From the NCBI GenBank assembly GCA_965219455.1, contig OZ244744.1:5504001-5568000 (forward strand): DNA of 64,000 nt, in the 5' to 3' direction. A program made the position numbers and the translations under genes. Below, piece after piece: positions 52,555 to 61,131 of the stretch. The first letter of the stretch is position 1. Every line of letters begins with the position of its first letter. The notes below the pieces were generated by a model. That model did no database searches, was not told the DNA's origin, and was given only the letters and a program-made list of their open reading frames with translations. This DNA is from Candidatus Latescibacterota bacterium. GTDB lineage: Bacteria; Latescibacterota; UBA2968; GCA-2709665.

Positions 52555-52596
52555 CAGAACAAAACAAGGGGCTACGTCGGCGGACGTAGCCCCTTG
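52555..52596 (-). terminator. Intrinsic terminator-like hairpin
   Basis: Perfect 14-bp stem CAAGGGGCTACGTC/GACGTAGCCCCTTG, 4-nt loop, followed by TTTTGTT on the minus strand. Confidence 0.6.
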
Positions 52597-53369
52597 CATT
52601 CAAATATTCGCGGGCGCCCGGATTAGAACCGGGGCCCCGTTCGCAAAACCACAACACAAACTTACAGTTTGTGTAACGATTGTACGGTAGTCTGACAGTT
52701 TGTGTTACGACCGTACTGCAATCTGCCGGTTGTGTAGCGGCCCCTATACCGGTTGTATAGCGTCCCCTGTTCTGGTTATGCAAGGGGCGACGGAGACACG
52801 TTCACCGATGGACGGATCCCCTTATACAAAGAGGCATATGGCGATAAACACCGAAAAAAAACTCCAAATACTAACGATTCTGTTTGATCCGGTGTCATGA
52901 ATCACCACTCTTGTGCGACATCCCAGATTTTCTTGGTCGACTCCCAGCTGCCATAATTCCTGACCGATTTTAGAACGGCGTCACAATTCCGAATAACCCA
53001 GCCGTACGCGACTTTAGCCCACGCCCAATCTAAAGCTAACCTCAATTCGAAAAAACAGCAACGCGGCGCCGCGACGAAAACTTCCGAAACGGGGCATAAA
53101 GGTCGTCCAAAAGGATGTTTTTTCCGTTCACGTCCAGTGACCCTATGTATCCTGGAAATCCGACGTCAAATCGCCTTTGTTCTTCTGTGTATATTCGACT
53201 TAAGGTCCCCAAAAAACGACGAATCAAGGTTAACAGTTGTAATGCAAAACACTGCCCTCTTCCAGGAAGCCTCCCGGTCTCCGTGCAAAATCGGCCGCCA
53301 CGTGCGACGATCGGCGCGCCACCGACGTGGCGTTCGCCCGGGTCGCAAGGCCGGAAAGGTTGCAGCCAG

Positions 53370-53700
53370 CCGCAGGGGCGACCGGCCGGTCGCCCCTACA
53401 AATAACGCGAATCGATCATCTCCACTCCGACACGGGACTCTGAGGTCTCGGTTTCATGGACGTGAGCAGACAGGAATGTCCGCTCCACCCTCTCAAGCCT
53501 CTTCTCGATGTTCGCTCGAGCGCATCAACCATCATCTCCACGCCCGTACAATGGCTTGTCGAGCCCGTGAAGAATCGCGTGTGAAGGTGGGGCAGACATT
53601 CCTGTCTGCCTTTTTCAGTGTTCTTCTGCCGGAATGCAGATAGAAGAAAGGCGCCCACGGCCTTCTTATCGCAGGGCGACCAGCCGGTCGCCCCTACAAA
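53370..53700. repeat. REP/REPIN-like composite block (copy 2)
   Basis: REP palindromes at 53372-53399 and 53671-53697; segments homologous to 36040-36290 in permuted order. Confidence 0.8.
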
Positions 53701-53704
53701 TACC

Positions 53705-54736
53705 TCATCTCGTTTCCCCGGACTCGGTGGCGCTGTCCGCGGCTGCCGAGGGCCTCTCGGGGGTGTCCCCCTTCTCTTCCACTGTCGAATCCTGGATTTT
53801 GCTGCAGGTGTCCTTTTGCTCCGATTGCGGGGCAGGCAATCGAGTGAGCTTTTCCTTAAGCGCCGACCAGAGCCCTGACAGGCCACCCTCCTGTCGCGAT
53901 GCCGGGATCTCTTCGTCCTGATCGGCGTTTTGCGCGGCGCTGTCTTCGGAAATCGTCTCCTCGCCGCAATCAGCCTCCGGCGAGTAGAGCAACACGGTCG
54001 TGTTGTCCTGGTAGGGACGTTCCGCGGCTTCCACGGCATGGATCAGCGCGCCGGCGTCGTCGTCGAGTGACGCGTCGCGATTATCGCAAAGGATTCGCTC
54101 GATCTCCTCATCCTCGAGGGTCAACAGGCCGTCGCTTGCCAGCAAAAGTCGATCTGTTTTCCGGACCGCAACCGGCTGGGACGAGACGTCAACCAGGTGG
54201 ATCTCATCGCCCATCACCGCGGAGCGCAGCGCGTGCCGCTTGGAATCCGTGGCCGCCTGTTCTGCGGTCATGCGCCCGGCCGCTACCAGGCTGGCGAGTA
54301 CCGGCGCCATGGAGTGATCCGCATTCAGGCGGCGCAACCGGCCGTCGCGGAACAGCCAGAGCGGGGAATCCCCCACGCTGATCCAGTCGATTCCGTCGCG
54401 CGAAATCACCGCAGCGACCACCGTGGACCCCATGCCCTTCATTTGGGGATTTTCGCTCGTCGCGTCGGCAAGCGCATCGTTGGCGGCGGCAAGGCAGGCG
54501 CGCAGACGGTCGGTGATCGGACCGTCGGTGCCGGGATAGGTCTCCACGAACGTCTTGACAACCGCCCTGCTGGCCGTATCGCCGCTCACGTGCCCCCCCA
54601 TCCCGTCGGCCAGCACCAGCACCTCGCCGCCGTCCTCGTCGGCGTCACCCCGCTCGATCAGGCCGTAATCGTCCTCCTGGTATTCCCGGCCGCCGGGAAT
54701 CTGCCCCGCGGCGAATCGTCCTTCCAATCGGTTCAT
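53705..54736 (-). CDS. PP2C-family Ser/Thr phosphatase (copy 2)
   Basis: Same length (343 aa) and near-identical catalytic domain to copy 1. Confidence 0.93.
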   Translation of the reverse strand: MNRLEGRFAAGQIPGGREYQEDDYGLIERGDADEDGGEVLVLADGMGGHVSGDTASRAVVKTFVETYPGTDGPITDRLRACLAAANDALADATSENPQMKGMGSTVVAAVISRDGIDWISVGDSPLWLFRDGRLRRLNADHSMAPVLASLVAAGRMTAEQAATDSKRHALRSAVMGDEIHLVDVSSQPVAVRKTDRLLLASDGLLTLEDEEIERILCDNRDASLDDDAGALIHAVEAAERPYQDNTTVLLYSPEADCGEETISEDSAAQNADQDEEIPASRQEGGLSGLWSALKEKLTRLPAPQSEQKDTCSKIQDSTVEEKGDTPERPSAAADSATESGETR

Positions 54737-54930
54737 GGCATTCCTCCATTACGGCGCAGGACCGATGCCGTCCCATCAGTCTTGCATTCCATCACGGATC
54801 GTTGCGGCGCCCCTCCCCCACGTTCGCGGGGCAAGAGGGACACCGCACCCACCTCATCATGACCGTCCCTGGACGCTCCGTTGCATACCCGGCACCCCCT
54901 TGGGGACACCGGCTCCAGCCGTCGAGCGTG

Positions 54931-55045
54931 CGGGCAATACGAAACCCGTTGTTGTTGTTCCGTTTGCCGGTGGTATTCCTGTTGCGGTTCGCCGAGCGCA
55001 GGTTCCTCGGTTTGTTGTTCCACGAGCCGCCGCGCAACACGCGCT
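54931..55045 (-). ncRNA. DGR template repeat (TR)
   Basis: Begins at the RT stop codon; reads TGG AAC AAC AAA CCG AGG AAC CTG CGC TCG GCG AAC CGC AAC AGG AAT ACC ACC GGC AAA CGG AAC AAC AAC AAC GGG; 30 adenines in 16 codons. Confidence 0.95.
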
Positions 55046-56130
55046 CAGGAGGGACGATCAGGCTTCCAAAGCGGATCGAACCACCCGCCTCGAAAGATCG
55101 CATGGCGCAAACGCCATGTATTGGCATGCTCTGCATGCGCGATCCACGCGTGCACCCGCGCGTCCACTTCCTCGCGTGTGATATGTGCATGACGCCAGCG
55201 GTCGCGCATACTCCGCAACCGGTTGCGAAAGCGGCGCACATTGGCTTCAGGCAACCGCCGGTATCCGCCCGGCAGGAGCACAAAACCCAAGAAAGTGGTC
55301 GGTGCTAATGTCTCGTCAATCATCGTTTTTTCCGGGTGCAGAGACAGCCGGCGGCGCTGCAAAAAATCCGCGATGCCATCCCGCCAGGCAGCGAGTTGTT
55401 CCGGGTCGTCGTGAAAAAGCGCAAAGTCGTCGACGTAGCGGACGTAGCCGCTGGCTCGCAACATTTCCTTGCAGAAGTGATCCAGGCCGTCCAGGTATAA
55501 ATTGGCGAAAAACTGGCTGGTCAGATTGCCAATGGGTAACCCGCGCCGGCGTTCGATAGGCGTGAACAGATCGTCCCCAGGATAGTAAATATTCACCGGC
55601 TCCTGCGGATTGGAACCATCAATGATGCGGTCGGCCAGCGCCAGCGTGCGCTCACAGGCGATTCGACGGCGTAGATCCGCCTTGAGAATCTCGTGATCGA
55701 TGGCTGGAAAGTAACGGTAAAGGTCGCACCTCAACACGTGGCGAAAACGGTCGCGGAACCGTTCGTAACGCACGATCGCCCGGTGGGTTCCCTTGCCCTG
55801 ACGATTCGCATAGCTGTCGAAAATGAAACCGCGCTCGAAGAGCGGCTCAACGACACCGCAAAAGGCGTGATGGACGACACGGTCCCGAAACGGCGCCGCG
55901 GACACGGTGCGTCGTTTGGGTTCGCGGATCTCGATCGTCTTGTAACGGCCCGGACGATAGCGCCCGCTTTGGAGTTCCCGCTCAAGGCGCAGGACCTTGG
56001 GCTCCAGGTTCGCCAGGAACCCAGCCGCGACGGGTTTGGACCGTTTTCCCCGTGCCGCTTTTCGGGCCGCCACCATCAGGGCCGGGAAGGAAACGATCTC
56101 TCCGAAAATATCACGTGCTCTTGTGGGCAC
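55045..56130 (-). CDS. DGR reverse transcriptase
   Basis: PKRR.VSAAPFRDRVVHHA, GLPIGNLTSQFFANLYL, YVRYVDDF; GTG start at 56130 overlapping avd. Confidence 0.95.
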   Translation of the reverse strand: MPTRARDIFGEIVSFPALMVAARKAARGKRSKPVAAGFLANLEPKVLRLERELQSGRYRPGRYKTIEIREPKRRTVSAAPFRDRVVHHAFCGVVEPLFERGFIFDSYANRQGKGTHRAIVRYERFRDRFRHVLRCDLYRYFPAIDHEILKADLRRRIACERTLALADRIIDGSNPQEPVNIYYPGDDLFTPIERRRGLPIGNLTSQFFANLYLDGLDHFCKEMLRASGYVRYVDDFALFHDDPEQLAAWRDGIADFLQRRRLSLHPEKTMIDETLAPTTFLGFVLLPGGYRRLPEANVRRFRNRLRSMRDRWRHAHITREEVDARVHAWIAHAEHANTWRLRHAIFRGGWFDPLWKPDRPS

Positions 56131-56509
56131 GATGCACCTTTTGCCAGCCGCCGACAAGGCGTCCGGTTTCGTCGAGGGTCCTGGCGGCATGTTCGTAGCG
56201 ACGGAGATCAAGATAATGCAAATCACGGGCGAGCCGGCACAGAAATCTTAGCTTCTCGATGCCCAGGTTGGCGAGCGCAAGCGCATCACCCCGGCGCCTG
56301 GTGTAAGTCGCCTCGATCAGACGCTCCAGAACGTCCAATGCCGACGTCTGAATCCTATCTCCCAGAAGAAACTTCTGGCTGCGCGGGAAACGCTCGACGG
56401 TGGGGACCAACCAGACCAGAAAACGAAAGTGGGACTCCAGCGCCGGGCCAATCTCGCGCGAGCGGTCACCCCGGCCAGGAACTGGCTGTTGGCCGTCCCT
56501 TGCGTTCAA
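56111..56509 (-). CDS. avd: DGR accessory variability determinant Avd
   Basis: Basic four-helix-bundle pattern FPRSQKFLLGDRI...LRFLCRLA...GRLVGGW between target gene and RT. Confidence 0.92.
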   Translation of the reverse strand: MNARDGQQPVPGRGDRSREIGPALESHFRFLVWLVPTVERFPRSQKFLLGDRIQTSALDVLERLIEATYTRRRGDALALANLGIEKLRFLCRLARDLHYLDLRRYEHAARTLDETGRLVGGWQKVHRAHKST

Positions 56510-56635
56510 AACCGCCCTCCATTTTTCAGTATGTCGACATGCCTTGGCATACGTGCCTTTCCACCAGAGCCGGTCCTACCAAGATCGCACCTACTGGCAA
56601 CGACCGGGTCTTTAGCATGCCCAGACCGAAAATTC

Positions 56636-56658
56636 CCAGGGGGGCTGTGCCCCCCTGG
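56636..56658. promoter_or_regulatory. DGR target-recognition hairpin/cruciform downstream of VR3
   Basis: CCAGGGGGGC-TGT-GCCCCCCTGG, perfect 10-bp stem about 30 bp after the stop codon. Confidence 0.8.
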
Positions 56659-56688
56659 ACCCCCCATAAGACGTAAAGAGGTAAAGAT

Positions 56689-59334
56689 TCAAGGCGTAAG
56701 CGTCCGGGCAATACGAAACCCGATGACGATGACCCGTCTGCCGGCGGTATTCCTGAAGCGGAACGCCGAGCGCAGGAACCCCGGTATGATGCCCCACGAG
56801 CCGCCGCGCAACACGCGCTGCGCGCAGGCACCCCGCCCCCACGCCGTTCCGTCCGCAGGCGCTCCTGTATAGCTGTCGTTCCAGCAATCCCCAACCCACT
56901 CCCATACGTTGCCGTGCACGTCATACAAACCCCACGCATTGGCGCTGAAACTTCCCACAGATACCGTCTTTTCCCTATTCCGACCCTTCCGACCACTGCC
57001 ATACGTATAATTCCCGTTGTAATTCGCCTGGGCCGTCGTAATCGTCGATCCAAAATGAAATGGCGTCGTCGTACCCGCACGAGCCACGTACTCCCATTCC
57101 GACTCGCTCAACAATCGATACCTTTCACCAGTCCTTCGCGACAACCACCGCACGTACGACTGCGCGTCATCCCAACTCACATTCATCACCGGGCGGTTCC
57201 CACGGCCCCAGCCCCTGTCGTTGGGACGATATCCACCGCAACCTCCGGCATTCGCGCACGCGTCCCATTCCGCAAACGTGACTTCATATACACCCACCGC
57301 GAACCGATAATCGATACTCACGCGATGGCGCGGACCCTCATCGTCATCACGTCCCGACTCCCCACCGGGAGACCCCATCATAAACTAGCCCGACGGCACC
57401 ACCACCATCTCCGGACATTCTGCACAGTCCCTGAATTTTCCGCCTACCGTCCTGCGCAGCCGCTGGGTTTCTCGCGCTGCCGACAGACGGCCTTCCTTCC
57501 CGGACAACGTTGACGTTTCCGCATCGACTGCGCGTAATGAATCCACATACCCTCCCGCCTTGTCAAACGCCTCTTCTTCCAGGGTTTTCTCAAACATCCC
57601 TTTATACCGCTCGATTTTGGCTTGGCGAAGACGTTCTGTTTCCTCTGCAGCAATCCGTGCACTCTCGGCTTCCTGGCGACTTCGCTCCGCCTCGCGCGCA
57701 GACGACAGACGACCTCCCAACTCTGACAACAAGCGAGCAGATGCGTTTACAGCACGCAATGAATCCACGTAACTGCCCGCACGATCGAACGCCTTCCCGC
57801 CCAGGGATTCCTCGAACTTCCGCTTATGTTCCGCGATTTTAGCCTGACGAAGACGTTCTGCCTCCTCCGCTGCCAAACGCTCCCTGCGCTCCTCCTGGCG
57901 ACGACGCTGTTGCACCGCGCGCGCCGCAGACAGGCGCTCTTTCAGACTCGACAACACCGGCGCATCGGCCCAGACACCCCGTATCCGGGACATATTCTTA
58001 TCCGCCTTATCGAAATCCTTGTCCTCCAAAGCTCCGTCAAATTTGGATACGTAACGACCGATCACGCTATCCAGACCGGCGCTCGCTTCCTTATGGCCCG
58101 GCGCCAGAACCAATACCGCCTGATATTTCTCCCAGGCGTTGTTCCCCGCGGGACTCGTCAGCCGGTCCCGCGCCAGGTCTTCCACAGCACCGCCCAATAA
58201 TGCGGAGACCTGCGCATCCTGTTCCGCTTCCATCGCACGGCGAAGCTGATCCGGGCGATGGATGTGTTCATAGTAATAGTAGCCCCCTCCGATCAGAAGC
58301 GCCAACACACATACGAGCATGGCGAACAACGGTCCTTTGCGCTTCCCGGGCTGCCTGACGGGTGGATCATCGACGGTCTCGCGCTGCCGTGATCTCGGTG
58401 GGCGACCCTTCGCGGGCTTGACGACCGGCCGCGGTTTCTTCGCGGTGCCCGGCGTCTCCCCGGAAAGCGCAGTACGCCACGCGGCCACGCTCTGCGGGCG
58501 GTCGCCCTCATCCACCTTCAACGCCAAATCTATCGCCGCCAGAAATCCTCCGCTCGCCTGCCCGACGCTACGCTCGGCCACCGGCGTCAATGGATCGTTC
58601 CGCACCCTATCCGTGGCATCGTCAGGCACTCCACCCGTCAACGCGTGGTAGCACACGGCGCCCAGCGCATACACGTCCGTCCAGGGACCCTGGTCGCCGC
58701 GACTGGAATACTGCTCGATGGGCGCGTAACCCGGCGTGATGATCGACGTAACCGAGCGGCTGCGCGCCCCGATCGCCTGCCGAGCAGCCCCGAAGTCCAG
58801 CAACACCGGCGAATCGTCCGCGTCACGGATGATGATATTTCTCGGCTTGATGTCACGGTGCAGAAAGTCAGCCCCGTGAACCACCTCAAGACCGTCCAGG
58901 ATCGGATATAGGATCGCCTTCAGTTCCGCTTCGTCCAACGTCTTTCTGCGTTTGAGGAATTCCGACAGCGTGTCCCCCTCGGCATATTCCATCACGATAT
59001 ACGCCGTGCCGTGCGCCTCAAAAAAGCGAAACACTTTGATGATATGCCGGTGGTCGAAGCGGGCGAGGGTGCGCGCTTCGTCCAGGAATCGTTCCAGGCC
59101 CCACTCGAAGTCGCCGCGAAAGTGACTCGCCTGCGGCGCCACGCTATTATCGGCCGTACGGGTGGCGATATCGGCGGGAAGGTATTCCTTGACCGCGACC
59201 CCTTTGTCCAGGTTGTGGTCAAAGCCCAGATACGTCATCCCGAAGCCGCCGAAGCCCAGCACTCTCACCAGTTCGTACTCCTGCAGCCGATGCCCCTGGG
59301 GCAGGGCGTTGAGCGGGTGTTGCGCGTCGTTCAT
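56689..59334 (-). pseudogene. Receptor-like kinase - TM - stalk - CLec (K3, cognate DGR target) split by an in-frame TAG
   Basis: ORFs 57385-59334 and 56689-57381 are in the same frame; TAG at 57385-57387 where paralogs have TCG/TCA (Ser). Confidence 0.85.
56705..56819 (-). repeat. DGR variable repeat VR3 (cognate)
   Basis: 115 bp colinear with the TR; all 19 mismatches fall on TR adenines. Confidence 0.95.
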
Positions 59335-59444
59335 GGTGGTAACCTCACAGTTTGTGCAACTCCCCGCAAACTATCAGTTTGCGGTACGGATTGAGTTCAC
59401 AAGACGTATTTTGCTACAGTTTTAGTTGCGCGGCGCACATGCTT

Positions 59445-59860
59445 CGGTTCAGAATGACAGGTCGGTCGATCACCATTGGCGAATCGTGTCCCACACACCT
59501 GCGCCCTAACTGTCATGCTGAGGAAGCCGCCAGGCTGACGATGCGTCCGCGTCAATGTTCGTCGATCAACAGCACGCGCTCATGGGTCAATCGCACGTAC
59601 GGGAGATTCTTCGACTCCGCTCAGAATGACATGCTTTGCAGTAACCATTGGTGAACTGTGTCCGTCACGTGTCGGCCCTAACTGTCATGCTGAGGAAGCC
59701 TACAAGGCCGACGAAGCATCTACTGCGGCATGGGATCATGCCCGGGCGTCTGGCATTCGATCCGAACTAAAATGCGGCACAACCGCTCCCGCTTCGACTC
59801 CGCGCAGAATGACAGATGCCCTGAAATCATCAGCGAAACGTGTCCGTCACACGCACGCCA
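59445..59860. repeat. Array of CTCAGAATGACA / TGTCATGCTGAGGAAGCC inverted repeat units
   Basis: Three AGAATGACA and two TGTCATGCTGAGGAAGCC units alternate; homologous to the blocks upstream of K1, K2 and K4. Confidence 0.75.
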
Positions 59861-60119
59861 GCTTATCCGGCCGGCACGGCGGAAGCTGGGCGGAGCATCG
59901 CGAAGCCGCGTCAGGTTTTCATCACATTCATACTGCCCATTCTGACAGCCCTGATCATCCTGTCCATCCTGTTTATCCATGTTTCTCATTTCTGCATCCT
60001 CATCTCACGTGGCCTCATAGCGCTGCCACATGATTCCGTTTGTGTCGAAGCAACTCTTGACGTTGGAGATGAAACGGGCTATTATTTGATGTGGGCATTG
60101 TAGTAAGTCCCCTGCAAAT

Positions 60120-60519
60120 GTGAAGGAAACAAAAGTGCCGGACGACACCAGGCCAATCTCAGGGTACAAGGGGATTCTGGGACAGGTCAACACACCGCTG
60201 GTGTTTTTTGCGCTGGCACTTTTGGTCATTGAAGGTATCATTGGATTTACTCTCGTCAATTCCAGACTCGACGCTGTACAACAATTCAACGTGATCTTGA
60301 TCAAGGCCGCGTTGTTTATGGCCGTTATCCTTAGTTGTTGCGTATATTACGGTGAAATATCCCCTGAATTTAATGGATAAAGTGAACGAGAGCCTGGGAC
60401 GCAATGAACTAATGGAAAAATACCTTGAAAGTGACGCGTTTAGAGACACTGTCGCAGATATCGTAGATGACATAGTCAAAAGGTCGCAGCCCGCGGAGGA
60501 GAAAAATGGATCTGAATGA
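60120..60519 (+). pseudogene. Small membrane protein, apparently frameshifted at about 60330
   Basis: Removing one C at ATCCTTA joins MKETKV...MAVI to LVVAYITVKYPLNLMDKV...NGSE*; lower GC than flanks. Confidence 0.5.
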
Positions 60520-60775
60520 ACGGGAGACAATAAAGGAAATCGTCAGAGTCATCTATCACTCGAACGGTGACTGGCGCACACCCGGGGGTATAGCGCGAGA
60601 CCTTGGAATCTCGTCTGAAACGGTGACCCACGTTGTCAAAAGCCATCCCGATTTCTTCATTATGGCGAGTGACGGACGGGTGAAATATGCGCTTCGACCC
60701 GCTGGTCTCGATCCGGTATCGCTTACTGAAAGCGCACGAAGACAATATACCCAGGGGATGACGCCGACCTGCTGA
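60506..60775 (+). CDS. Small hypothetical protein, winged-HTH-like
   Basis: WRTPGGIARDLGISSETV HTH-like segment; GGAG upstream. Confidence 0.5.
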   Translation: MDLNERETIKEIVRVIYHSNGDWRTPGGIARDLGISSETVTHVVKSHPDFFIMASDGRVKYALRPAGLDPVSLTESARRQYTQGMTPTC

Positions 60776-61078
60776 CGATAGACGCTGAATTCCTCCCACT
60801 CCCCGGTGTATTCTTGCCATTTCTCGCTCTTCACGTCCACCCTTCGCCTATTGCTGTTTTTGCGAGTACGTGTTGGATTATTAAATTTCGGATTTTGCTG
60901 TTCGCTCTTTGCTTCAAGCTGAATGCTGTACGCTGACAGCTTCTTTTATGGCGTAAACGTCCGGGCGGCATCCAGGATATCCGTCGGTTTGGCCTCGGGA
61001 AGGGATCTGAACCATGTCTATCGAGTTCGTTTACACCCGAACGAGACACGTAGTCAACCGGTCGATCCCGGAAAAATC

Positions 61079-61103
61079 TCCAGGGGGGCGCAGCCCCCCT
61101 GGA
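61079..61103. promoter_or_regulatory. DGR-type hairpin downstream of VR4
   Basis: TCCAGGGGGGC-GCA-GCCCCCCTGGA, 11-bp stem. Confidence 0.8.
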
Positions 61104-61131
61104 CCCCCATAAGACGTAAAGAGGTAAAGAT

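Larger units (their letters stand above)
54750..56660 (-). mobile_element. Diversity-generating retroelement core cassette (hairpin - avd - RT - TR - spacer)
   Basis: Avd, DGR-type RT and an adenine-rich TR matching the adjacent VR3. Confidence 0.95.

Noticed and set aside
52609-52690. Complete tRNA gene
   Set aside because: Only a T-arm and acceptor-like 3' strand; no D-arm, anticodon arm or complementary 5' strand
52830-53230. Protein-coding gene in the low-GC spacer
   Set aside because: Only short broken frames with no recognisable motif; at most a decayed remnant
54792-55283. ORF containing RVLRGGSWNNKPRN... as a fifth CLec gene
   Set aside because: It is the TR read in the VR frame, overlaps the RT gene and lacks the rest of the domain
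55045-56130. Retron, Abi or group II intron RT
   Set aside because: The LPIGNLTSQ motif, adjacent Avd and the TR/VR adenine pattern identify a DGR RT
57385-57387. Pyrrolysine or genome-wide TAG recoding
   Set aside because: TAG is used as a normal stop elsewhere (e.g. the PBP and vapC genes), no pyl genes are in the window, and paralogs have Ser here
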